A DNA stretch of 63,283 nt, the filler included, from Stramenopiles sp. TOSAG23-3 (Eukaryota), in the NCBI GenBank assembly GCA_900128585.1. It is 10 parts of 10 records of this genome, joined end to end, with 100 filler letters (N's around TTAATTAATTAA, not from the genome) between each part and the next. Parts side by side here need not be neighbours in the genome. Positions count along the whole stretch, not along the records: positions 19,076 to 25,328 come from LT643354.1; positions 25,429 to 31,681 come from LT643355.1; 8 more parts are not named here. One strand, 5' to 3'. Below the pieces are notes generated by a model, which saw only the letters and a list, made by a program, of their open reading frames with translations, was not told where the DNA came from and made no database searches. Shown here one piece after another: positions 20,702 to 30,598 of this stretch. Each line of letters opens with the position of its first letter. Positions within the stretch are counted from its first letter, which is position 1. Position numbers and translations under genes: made by a program.

Positions 20702-22768
20702 ATGAAAACTGCCCTCGCTCTTGCCGTTACTTTGGTCTCGGTTGCCTTGGCAGACAAGCCTTGGATGGACACTTCAAAGAGCCCGAAACAGCGTGCACAA
20801 ATTTTAGTATCTAAAATGACACCCAGCGAAAAGCGTGGTATGCTCTACGGCTATGGCTGCCAGTCGAAGGAATGGCCATACGTCGGCAACGTAGCTGGCA
20901 TCGAACGCTTAGGTATCCCACCCCTAAAGTACAACGACGGCCCCCAAGGCTTTCGGGACGACGCTCTACCCGGAACCACGACCGCGTGGCCGTCTGGCCT
21001 GACTGCCGCTGCGAGCTGGGACCACAAGACGATGTTTAACTGGGGGACTGGCATGGGAAAAGAGTTCTACAGAAAGGGCGCTAACGTGCAGTTAGGACCC
21101 GGCGTGTGCGTGGCACGTATCCCGCGCAACGGGCGCAATTTCGAATACCTGTCTGGCGAGGACCCTTACCTCGGTTACACCTTGGTCCAGCCGGCGGTCC
21201 AAGGCATACAAAGCCAGGGCGTCGTGGCGAACGTGAAGCACTACGTCAACAACAACCAAGAGACGAACCGGGGCAGCGTAAGCGAAAACGTGGACGAGCG
21301 GACAAGGTTTGAAATGTACTACCCGCCGTTCCAGGGAGGTGTGGACGCGAGCGTGGGTTCCATGATGTGCAGCTACAACAAGATCAACCATGTTTACAGC
21401 TGCGAGAACCCGGAAACACTTGCGCATGACCTGAAGCAAGTCATGGGGTTCGAAGGCTATGTCATGTCCGACTGGGGGGCGACCCACAGCTTATCGATTG
21501 CACAGGGATTGGACCAAGAAATGCCCTCGAGCAACTATTTCAACCAGTCTTCCCTCCAGCACGTAGACATGGGCCGGGTGGACGACAGCGTGACGCGCAT
21601 ACTGACCCCACTATTCCAGGTCGGCATAATGGACAAGCCCAACGAAAATTCAATATCAAACAATGCGACCGACGAGGTTCAAAACAGCCTATGCCGGCAG
21701 ATTTCGGAAAATTCCACTATCCTCTTGCAAAACAAAGACGACGTTCTCCCGTTGCCGAAATCAAACGTTCACATTGCCGTCGTTGGGAATCAGGCATGGA
21801 ATGCGGTTGTTCACGGAGGTGGTTCAGGGCAAGTCATAGCCGCATGGGTCGAGCCACCCCTGTGGGCAATATGCGACGAGCTTGGAATTGAGCGCGTGAA
21901 CGGGAACGACGGAGAGTCCAAGTGCAACAGTGCGACCGGGGCGTGCGTGACCTATTACGACGGAAAATCACAGCCGCCGAGCGACTTCAAGTTTACGAAA
22001 GCGTTGGTTTTTATACAAACCTCCTCCCACGAGGGCGCAGACCGGACCAACTTGACATTTGGGAACGGGCAGGACGCCATGGTTGACTCGTGGAGTAAGT
22101 TGGCGGGCGTGAGCACGGTCGTGGTCATGAGCACCCCGGGGGCCGTATTGACTCCATGGTCGGACCGGGTGGAAAGCTTGCTGTTGAATTTTATGCCCGG
22201 CCAAGCGTTTGCTGGAGCGATCTCCAACGTTCTGTTTGGCAACGTCAGCCCAAGTGGAAAGCTTCCTCTAACCTTTCCGAACTCGGAGAACGAGCAGAAA
22301 ATGACGACCGAGCAGTACCCTGGGCTGAACAATGGCGAAAACGCAACCTACAGCGAAACCTTCTACTTTGGCTACCGGTGGTACGATAAGCACCAAGTTG
22401 AACCTAAATTCCCGTTTGGGCATGGACTGTCGTACACAAAGTTTTCCTACTCCAAGGACCTGAAAGTCTCTGGAAGGTCGGTGGAGATCGAAGTGGAAAA
22501 CAGCGGTCAGCGAGACGGGGCAGAAGTCGTCCAACTGTACCTTGGTTTCCCCTCCAGCGCGGGGGAACCATTGCGCCAGCTGAAAGGCTTTCGCAAGGTT
22601 CACCTTTCACCGGGACAGAAGGAATCGGTCGTTTTCAACCTTACGGATCGTGATGTATCTATTTGGGATGTGGAAACACACTCATTTACGGTCGTGAAAG
22701 GCACATTCGAAGTGTTCGTTGGAAGCTCGTCGAGGCAGTTCGAAGCAAGTGGAAAAATTGAGGTGTGA
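20702..22768 (+). CDS. Secreted GH3 beta-glucosidase
   Basis: Signal peptide MKTALALAVTLVSVALA; DGPQG, GRNFEYLSGEDP, KHY, SMMCSYNKIN, catalytic YVMSDWGA, PFGHGLSYT and a C-terminal Fn3-like domain (LRQLKGFRKV). Confidence 0.93.
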   Translation: MKTALALAVTLVSVALADKPWMDTSKSPKQRAQILVSKMTPSEKRGMLYGYGCQSKEWPYVGNVAGIERLGIPPLKYNDGPQGFRDDALPGTTTAWPSGLTAAASWDHKTMFNWGTGMGKEFYRKGANVQLGPGVCVARIPRNGRNFEYLSGEDPYLGYTLVQPAVQGIQSQGVVANVKHYVNNNQETNRGSVSENVDERTRFEMYYPPFQGGVDASVGSMMCSYNKINHVYSCENPETLAHDLKQVMGFEGYVMSDWGATHSLSIAQGLDQEMPSSNYFNQSSLQHVDMGRVDDSVTRILTPLFQVGIMDKPNENSISNNATDEVQNSLCRQISENSTILLQNKDDVLPLPKSNVHIAVVGNQAWNAVVHGGGSGQVIAAWVEPPLWAICDELGIERVNGNDGESKCNSATGACVTYYDGKSQPPSDFKFTKALVFIQTSSHEGADRTNLTFGNGQDAMVDSWSKLAGVSTVVVMSTPGAVLTPWSDRVESLLLNFMPGQAFAGAISNVLFGNVSPSGKLPLTFPNSENEQKMTTEQYPGLNNGENATYSETFYFGYRWYDKHQVEPKFPFGHGLSYTKFSYSKDLKVSGRSVEIEVENSGQRDGAEVVQLYLGFPSSAGEPLRQLKGFRKVHLSPGQKESVVFNLTDRDVSIWDVETHSFTVVKGTFEVFVGSSSRQFEASGKIEV

Positions 22769-22965
22769 GTTAAAAAAAAAGAAAAACAATTTTAAAACAG
22801 CGAAAAGAGGAGCGTAAAAAACTGCGCAAAATTTCTAACTCACAGAGAAAAAGTTTCACTTCCCTCCATTTTACGATTATAAAATAAAACGTTTAGTCTA
22901 AAAAGAAGTAAAATATTTTTATGTGTGTTGAGATTTATTAAAGCGTTAAATTTAATGTTCGGATC

Positions 22966-25328
22966 TTAGTGCAAAGTGGAGATGTAGGGAGATGTGAACG
23001 TCCCGAACCTCTCAGACGCGTGCGTGCATTTTCTCTCCTCTCTGTGCGATCCTGACAACACACTGTTGCCTTCCTTTTCTTTCGTTTTTGTGGGTACGGC
23101 CACTTCTTTTTTTTTCATTGTTGCAGAATGTTTTTTGAAATACGACGCAACCTTGCTTTCAGCGTCTGAAATGTAAACTTCTCCAAAACATAACTTAATT
23201 CTGTACATGTCGTCGTCCTCAATGAACGCCAAAACTTCCCCTAGGCCATAAGGGGTTTCCACCAAATCACCTTTCTCCGGTATGGCGCAGGCCTTATTCA
23301 GGCTGCCACATTCCTCAGCCCTTTGTAACTTCTGAATCAAACGGTACAATCGCTTAGCAAGACCCAATTTTGTGATACCAATTGCTTTCATCTCTTCCAA
23401 CGATAGAGACGGTTTTGCCAGCAAATCGTCTTTTGTTTTAATATCAGCGGATTCCAAAGATTCTGAAACGGTCTTTTCCAGGTCTCCGACATCGTTACGC
23501 AACGCTTTGTAAACCCAGTGCGTAGGTGGGCGGGTGGGGCTGGGAGGCTTTTCTTTTGGGGGCACACGCGTTTTTAACAAAACGCTTTTACAATTTTTTA
23601 GTGCGTCTTCGAACTTTTCACTGTGTGCCTTGAAGTATTTCTTTAATTCGATAGTGGACACTGTCGATCGGCCGTACACATCGCACACTTGTTTCGAAAA
23701 GAACGACGCCGCTCCAACCAATTCATGTTTCCCGCCGCACAGCTCCCCATATTTGTCGGCATAGTGAGACCAAAACATGTTTGCCACGTGAGACTTATAC
23801 GGCCTTAAGATTCCACTTGTCTGAGACCTGTGCTCCTCTTTGTTCTTGATTAGCTTCATGATGAACGCTCTGTCGTCCGGTGAGATTCGTATTTTTCTCA
23901 ACATACCATCGCCCTCCGCCAAGCTTTCCTTGACGCTTTCGTAGGTACTCATCCCCCCCTTTTCTTCAAAGTGGTGGATGTATTTTGTCATACCGATCCA
24001 TTTCAGCCATTTCCGTGTGCTCAACGTCTCAACATGAAACGATTCCAGGGGGCGCGGGGAGCAAATGTTCTTTGCTGCAAGGATCAGGTCGTCTGGGTTA
24101 TCGAATTGGCTCAACAACCAGCGCAGCTGCCACAGCGAAATTTCTACTTTACCATTTCTACTGACGGCCTCTATCAGATCTTGTGCCAGCGTTTGAATGT
24201 GTCTGGACAATTCCATGGCCAAGAATTCGTTACGGATACAATTGTTCTTGTTGCTGGCTGCCCCCTCGTTTCGTTTTGCTGGGGTCAGTATTAAGTTGGA
24301 GGATTTTAATTCGTCGGTGTTCAAGCGTCGCAATTTTGGGGCTGTCATCATATTCCCTTCCTCTGCCAGGGGGCTTGTTCCCACACTGCTCGCTTCGTTG
24401 CCCTCATCTTTGCACATGCTGCTAAAGTCATTGCTGGTTTCAACCATTCGATTCACTGCAAACTGCGCTAGAAAGGCATCACGGATCGTTGCAATGGTGG
24501 CCGTCTGGTACTCTTCTTTCATTGCTGGATCGTTACACAGCAAACGTTTCAAGCGTTTGAAAGCTCTGTCATCGTATTCCAATTCCCAACACCACGACTT
24601 GCACAATTTAACATCGTCCAATCGCTTCAAATCGTGCTGGAACCTGTAATGGTTTGCCTCGAAATACGGTGTCAGGTGTTCCAAGCCGACGCGGCGAAAA
24701 TGCTCATATATACTTTTGTTTGTCAGGATCTGCTTCTCTTGTGAGACTTGCAGCAATTCCTGTATGTTCTTTACTGCAAGAGCATCTTCTGGCGTCTCCT
24801 GCTGCATCAAGTACCCGCTGAGTTTGGCCATGGACAATTCGTTTTCAGGCAACATCATGGAAAATGTTTTCCCAAGCTTGAGCAAGCGCGGGGACACGTA
24901 CACTCGCCTGCTGCCGCCGCCACCGTGAATTTTATTCGCGCGCCCTGTCCCACCGTTCATTCTTTCTCGTTCTTTCATTGAAAACGTTTGGGTTTGATCG
25001 TTTGCTTCGTCTCTCTCGGCCTTGGCATAAAATCGTGTGAAGAGTCGTACCATTTGAGAGCGTGAAGCAAAGTCTAGCTTTACCGTAACGTCGCATCTTC
25101 CCGGGCGTTTCAACGCATTGTCAAGTTTTTCAATATGGTTTGTCGTCATTATGAATATTCTTCCTTCCTGCGACGCCACTCCATCAATCGCATTCAACAA
25201 ACCACTGAACGAGACACCGTTGGAATTTTTCTTCTCACCTGCGTCTTGCCGATCTACAAACACGGCATCGACGTCCTCTAGCAATATAATTGAACCTCGC
25301 GGTGCTTCCCTCATTGATTCTGCCAGCC
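22966..25328 (-). CDS. BCS1-clade AAA ATPase (C-terminal part, 5'-partial) fused to SAM-like repeats and an SH3-like end domain
   Basis: Walker B IILLEDVDAVF, SFSGLLNAIDGVASQEGRIFIMTTNH, second-region motif DNALKRPGRCD. SAM-like segments WLKWIGMTKYIHHFEE and LEEMKAIGITKLGLAKRL. Confidence 0.8.
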
Positions 25329-25428
25329 NNNNNNNNNNNNNNNNNNNNNNNNNNNNNNNNNNNNNNNNNNNNTTAATTAATTAANNNNNNNNNNNNNNNN
25401 NNNNNNNNNNNNNNNNNNNNNNNNNNNN
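25329..25428. other. Artificial contig linker
   Basis: N44-TTAATTAATTAA-N44. Confidence 0.98.
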
Positions 25429-25499
25429 CCCAATAAACCTAATACTATTCCTTTGTGTACTATTTATTACGTGTTTTCTAACAACTAAAATAAACATTG

Positions 25500-25704
25500 T
25501 TCTTCAGCAGCTGCATTGCAATTTTTATTTAATACTGTGTAAGGGAATAATAAAGGCATTCTTCTTCAGCAGCTGTAACATCTAATTTATATTCGGGATT
25601 ACTTATTCCTATACTAACATTACCTTGAACCATTGCAATTTTTATTTCTTCAGCAGCTGCATTGCAATTTTTATTTAATACTGTGTAAGGGAATAATAAA
25701 GGCA
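25500..25704. repeat. 59-bp exact direct repeat
   Basis: TTCTTCAGCAGCTGCATTGCAATTTTTATTTAATACTGTGTAAGGGAATAATAAAGGCA at 25500-25558 and 25646-25704, with partial copies between. Confidence 0.88.
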
Positions 25705-26086
25705 CACTACTATTGATAATGACTATAGTTGATCAACACGCTATTTATATGTTTGTATAAAATATAAAACATTCGTGTGATGATGATTGATAAACAGTTT
25801 TTCAACATTCCAGTGCTCTGCAGTGTACAATATAATAGATTTTTTTCCTTTATTGCTTCATTTGTATAGTAACCGGGCACAATACTGTTTAATTTTGTGT
25901 TGTTACATGGAAATGCAGTAAAACATGATTCCGGCATTTCTTTTACGTGTGGAATAAATTCTATATACAAAGATGTTTTAACGTTTACATTTTAAACAGA
26001 TTCACATGAATTATCCTTTTTCGTTACTCAAATACTGCACCACTTAAATTGTTGTGAAGTCAACCCAAAAGCAAATATTATTTTCT

Positions 26087-27919
26087 ATGGCGAAGGAAAA
26101 ATTACAGGACCTAATCAGAGAAGGGATTGTGACGTTAGGTGTATCCAATCTCTTGTTGAAAGTAAAAGATAAGAAACATTTTGCAAGCATTATAAAAAAG
26201 GAAGGCCATCTAATATTCTGCCGAACGCTGAAGAAATCTTTCCGTTCTCTTTCAGCATGGGCTTTAACGTTGATTCGAAAACTTTATAACCCAGAGCGGG
26301 CAAGCATCAATGGGTGGTCGACTGTGTACTACTCAGGAGAAAATGTCATGAAAAAATCAGTCAAGATGATTACCCTAAGAAAGTCGATGGAAGAGAAAAG
26401 GAAAACGATGCCGCTGAAACATAAGAAGGGGCATTTATTAAAACCCAAAAAGAAGGGGCGTCTGTTTCGACCGAAAAGCGTAGAATCAAGCGCGGAATCT
26501 ACCATGGCCAGTTTGTCAAAACACAAGAAGAAGCGCTCATCAAAACCCAAGAAGGGGAGTCCGTCACAACCGAAAAGTGTGGAATCCAGCGAGGAATCCA
26601 GCGAGGAATCCAGCGATGAATCCAGCGTGGAGGAATCCAGCGAGGAATCTAGCGTGGTGGAATCCAGCGAGGAATCCAGCGAGGAATCCAGCGAGGAATA
26701 TGGCAAAGAGAAAGCCAATACTCCACGCCATGCACTAAAGATGAAAGCCAATTCGTTGAAAAGTGAGACGGCGCGGCCTTCAAAAATCTCCGCAGGCGCA
26801 CCGAAAACGGTTACTGCAACACCAGGACAACCAAGAAAGTTAACATGGGAGGATACAACTGTCTTGCACGAAATGGTGCGGAGAGGTTTGGTGAACTATG
26901 GCGCGTCGAACCTGTTGTTTTTTACACGTGGCACGAATCATTTCGCAGACATTGTGAAGTACAAACAGTACCCTATATTTTGTAGGACTTTGAATAGAGC
27001 TTTCGATTCAATTGTCGCTTGGGCTTTGGCCATTGTTCGAGGGTGTTATAACCCTAACATAAGCGTGTTCAGAGGTTCAGAGTCCCTATATTATACCGAG
27101 GAAAACTTCTTGGGCGGCGATGTTCGAGAAAAATTGTACAAAGGCGTTAGGATAAAAATCAACTTGCTGAAGTATAAATTGCGCGAGAAGGAAACCACCC
27201 CGAATCGTCCGCCGAAGACCTCGAATTCGCCCATGTCTCACTTGGCCCGCCAAATCGGCTCGTCAAAAGGAAAGTGTGAGCGGCCGTCAAAGAACCCCCC
27301 ATCGTTTGATGCCGAAGATAGTCCAGGATACTGTCACACTCCAAGAGGTAAGCGTAAACCCACTTCTAGCAGTAGTTCGTCGCCTGCAAAAAGGATAAAA
27401 CATGAGCATCCTCGATCAGTAACGGTCCAACGAAAATACGTTAACGAGATGAAGAGTTTGTTTGCATTCGGTTTAAAGCCAGACTTCGATTGGCTTGGTG
27501 GGAATGTGTTGCGTGTGGACTACCGAAATGACAAGAATACAAATTGCCGGGGGAAAAAATCGTACTTCGCCATCTTATTGAAGTCTGGCATGGTCAAGTG
27601 CGTGTGCCTTGTAAAGGACCGGTCTGATGAGAAATGCAAGCCATACGTTGACCGCAAAATGGTTGATTATTTTGCAACGAAAAATCAGCAAAACATTTTC
27701 GGGTCAGTTTCGGGGTTTACAAAATTCGTTGCCGAGTACCATTTTGAGAGGCCGAGAAACCAGGGTGGCTGGCATAGGATCTATTACAAAGACGATACGG
27801 AAGCGATTTGCCATTATCGCAAATTGAGGAAGGCAGGCCAAGGATCTTACTTCAGCGCCTCTAACATCGAAGAGGCTAAAGATGAAGGAAGCGAACCATC
27901 TGGCAGCGAAGAGGCCTAG
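26087..27919 (+). CDS. Nuclear protein with three RAMA-like domains and an ESSE low-complexity tract
   Basis: Three units fitting L-x2-L-x3-G...F-x-S-x-S-x-W/F...NGW-x2-V-x-Y (FRSLSAWA...INGWSTVYY; FDSIVAWA...SESLYY; FGSVSGFT...GGWHRIYY), plus K-rich NLS-like runs. First ATG at 26087. Confidence 0.65.
   Translation: MAKEKLQDLIREGIVTLGVSNLLLKVKDKKHFASIIKKEGHLIFCRTLKKSFRSLSAWALTLIRKLYNPERASINGWSTVYYSGENVMKKSVKMITLRKSMEEKRKTMPLKHKKGHLLKPKKKGRLFRPKSVESSAESTMASLSKHKKKRSSKPKKGSPSQPKSVESSEESSEESSDESSVEESSEESSVVESSEESSEESSEEYGKEKANTPRHALKMKANSLKSETARPSKISAGAPKTVTATPGQPRKLTWEDTTVLHEMVRRGLVNYGASNLLFFTRGTNHFADIVKYKQYPIFCRTLNRAFDSIVAWALAIVRGCYNPNISVFRGSESLYYTEENFLGGDVREKLYKGVRIKINLLKYKLREKETTPNRPPKTSNSPMSHLARQIGSSKGKCERPSKNPPSFDAEDSPGYCHTPRGKRKPTSSSSSSPAKRIKHEHPRSVTVQRKYVNEMKSLFAFGLKPDFDWLGGNVLRVDYRNDKNTNCRGKKSYFAILLKSGMVKCVCLVKDRSDEKCKPYVDRKMVDYFATKNQQNIFGSVSGFTKFVAEYHFERPRNQGGWHRIYYKDDTEAICHYRKLRKAGQGSYFSASNIEEAKDEGSEPSGSEEA
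26580..26699 (+). repeat. Coding 12-bp minisatellite (GAATCCAGCGAG)n encoding ESSE
   Basis: About 9 imperfect in-frame copies. Confidence 0.9.
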
Positions 27920-28056
27920 CCTGGAGACGATGTGACCGGGCTGGCCATGGAAGTTTTATTTAACAAAAAACTAAAATTAATACCAAACACCATGTGATCT
28001 AAACACTGCAGACTGAATTCAGATCTATTAGCAGTGTTTTTTTTTTTATTTAGCTC

Positions 28057-28077
28057 ATAACAGCCAATTTTCTTGTT
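28057..28077 (-). terminator. Conserved post-stop element, core copy
   Basis: ATAACAGCCAATTTTCTTGTT, 47 bp downstream of the sulfotransferase stop. Confidence 0.45.
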
Positions 28078-28124
28078 AAATTTACCTCTTGTGCTTAACA
28101 AAACAAGTGCTTCTGTCCCGACAT

Positions 28125-29867
28125 TCACGGCAGGTTTGCCTCGTCCGCCCTTAGGTACCCAAGGCACTTCAACACCCCCCCGTTGTGCCGCATAAAGTGT
28201 TCCAAGGTTGGCTCATCGTACGCACTTCTCCAGGAAGACTTGTTATGAACCATCTGGAACGCTTTGTTTCGCTTTTGGTACCGTTTTGCGAAAAATCCAG
28301 CACCCCGTCGGCTCTCAAGCTTTTGCATGGCTTCTCTGGACGATAAGAGCGCCGCTCGGCGAATTCCATCGTCAGATATATTGGGGAACTTCAAAAATGA
28401 GGCCAACTGCCGCATGGTTGCCTCTGGGTCTTTTAGTATACTCTCGTACCGTAGCCACAGGTAGTCTCCTTTGTCAAACTCCTCCAATCGTTTTTTCCAC
28501 GACAGAACATGGTCGGCCCACGTCGGCCCAGGATAGTGATTTTTTGACTGCAGCCATTTCCCGAAAGACATGCCTTTTGGCACATGGTTTAACTCCTTCC
28601 TAAACTTAAAGTACGACTTCATGACGGCCCGCCCATCGCGCACTATGTAAATCACGCGATTGAACTTGAGGGCACAGTTTGGGCAAGCACACTGCCATGT
28701 CGCCTGGTTACCCAGGAAATTTCGACACGGTCGTACCTCGCAGTTATATGGCTGGTGCGACTTGAATATGCGGGGGTTCTCTTTGGTCAAAAATTGCGTT
28801 GCAACGGGGCCAACGGACCGGTCTTCCAAGAACGGGATCAGACGGTCCACTTCATCAAACGTCGCCGCCCCAGGGGCTGCGCCGGACGATACATTGGTAA
28901 AATTGATTAAGCTCGTGAAATTTTCAAAAATAGACTGGTGATAAAGGTTCGTTATCATGTGCCGCACCCATGTACTCCCGCTCTTTGGGTAGCTCACGAC
29001 CCAGACGTCATTCGCCCGTGGCTCCAGCGGGCGGTGAGACCGCCGTGAAGCCAGTCGATTGTGCAAACGTTCGAAAAGGTTACTACTCCCAGACGACTCT
29101 TTCGACTTCTCCCCAAGCAAAACGCTTTTCGACTCTCGGTTGCACATATCGGTGCATATATTGGGGTCACCTTTGCGGAGCCGGGTACAAAATTGGTCCG
29201 ATGGGCAGTTCATGGAAGTCTTGCAAAACTTACCCCTGCGTATGTTCGAAGCGGCAGGCCGGCAAGAGTGCGACGGCTGGGATGAAACTGCCGGCAACGT
29301 ACTCGTTGTCGACTCTGCACCCCCTGCTGATCCCACCCCCACCTCGGTGGTGCTACTCATGCTTTCGCTGCGGCTTTTGAACCCGGGAGTTGCCCGAACT
29401 ACGGGTGCCCCCGTCGTCGCTACACCGGCGGATGCCCTCGATACGAATTTCGGACGAGCAGTCGGATGCTCAGACGAGCTCTCCCCCGCGTCCGTGGAGG
29501 AAGGTTCGCCAAGGCCTGTCGAGCCCACTTCTAGTAGTGGGTTGATCGTTGTAGAGGGTTTAGCGGTTTCCACGACAGAGGCATCGGGAACCTGAACCTG
29601 GGAATCGGTACGGCCCTTTGTTGGGCTATCTCTAACCGCTTTTGGTGTGCCCACCTTTGCAACATGCTCAGGCAGTTCCGTGTTTGCCTTGCGGAAAACT
29701 ACTCTTGTCACGGTCGAGGCCTGCCGATCTCTCGCAGGACCTTCACGAACGACCTCAATTCTTATGTTAATTTTCGGCAAGAGTAGCATGATGGAACTGG
29801 ACAAAATAACCACCAAGCCAAAAAAAAAGAGGTACAACCACCGGCTACCGAATGAAAACAAACGCAT
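28125..29867 (-). CDS. Type II membrane PAPS-dependent sulfotransferase
   Basis: N-terminal TM, S/T-rich stem, 5'-PSB loop VVSYPKSGSTW, KSH, 3'-PB motif IYIVRDGRAVMKSY, LRYESI. Confidence 0.9.
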   Translation of the reverse strand: MRLFSFGSRWLYLFFFGLVVILSSSIMLLLPKINIRIEVVREGPARDRQASTVTRVVFRKANTELPEHVAKVGTPKAVRDSPTKGRTDSQVQVPDASVVETAKPSTTINPLLEVGSTGLGEPSSTDAGESSSEHPTARPKFVSRASAGVATTGAPVVRATPGFKSRSESMSSTTEVGVGSAGGAESTTSTLPAVSSQPSHSCRPAASNIRRGKFCKTSMNCPSDQFCTRLRKGDPNICTDMCNRESKSVLLGEKSKESSGSSNLFERLHNRLASRRSHRPLEPRANDVWVVSYPKSGSTWVRHMITNLYHQSIFENFTSLINFTNVSSGAAPGAATFDEVDRLIPFLEDRSVGPVATQFLTKENPRIFKSHQPYNCEVRPCRNFLGNQATWQCACPNCALKFNRVIYIVRDGRAVMKSYFKFRKELNHVPKGMSFGKWLQSKNHYPGPTWADHVLSWKKRLEEFDKGDYLWLRYESILKDPEATMRQLASFLKFPNISDDGIRRAALLSSREAMQKLESRRGAGFFAKRYQKRNKAFQMVHNKSSWRSAYDEPTLEHFMRHNGGVLKCLGYLRADEANLP

Positions 29868-30598
29868 TATCCAACCACAAAATTCAAAAATTCAAAAACA
29901 AAAGTTTCGTTCTCCCCAGCCTAGCCTCCACACCGTATCAATACGGAGTGGTCCAACAGACGGATGGACGAGGGAGGGGTTGGAACGGACAACCCGTGGT
30001 TATTTCCGAAACCCTTTCGCTATAAACAATATTGATCCTCCTAAAAGAATGTAAACGGAGCGGAATCATATACGGATTCCCAGATTCCCAAAGAAAAAGA
30101 AAACAAATCAATTAATCAGGTCAAGGATGTTAATGTGTAGTAATATCTTGATAAATGCGTTACATAATACAATACGATAATTAATTATTATTATTTTTGT
30201 ATTATTTTTTTAATATTTTTATTATATTATTCGTCTTCTTCTTCTCTCTGTTGTTGTGAGTGACTGAAGGTAATAATAATAATATATATTAATACGTAGT
30301 ATAATAATTAATATAGTCGTCTAATAGAACGACTAACAGAAAAGAGAAGAAGAAGAAGAAAAGAACAAAAAAAATGATGCGTCGTATTTTTAATACAGTA
30401 CTGTACAGTATTTTAAAAAATAAAAAAAGTTATTATATGGCATAACATATTAATATAATAGTGTCAATAATTGTTTTATAGTACATTATATAGTAGGGTA
30501 ATATAATAGCTAAATATTTGGAAAAAGGCACTGTACCCGGAAGGAAAATATTATTTTCTTTTTCTAATAAATTGTTTGTTACCACCTGCATTTTAAGA

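Noticed and set aside
26580-26699. 12-bp array as a non-coding element
   Set aside because: It is in frame within the CDS and encodes an ordinary acidic Ser-rich linker.
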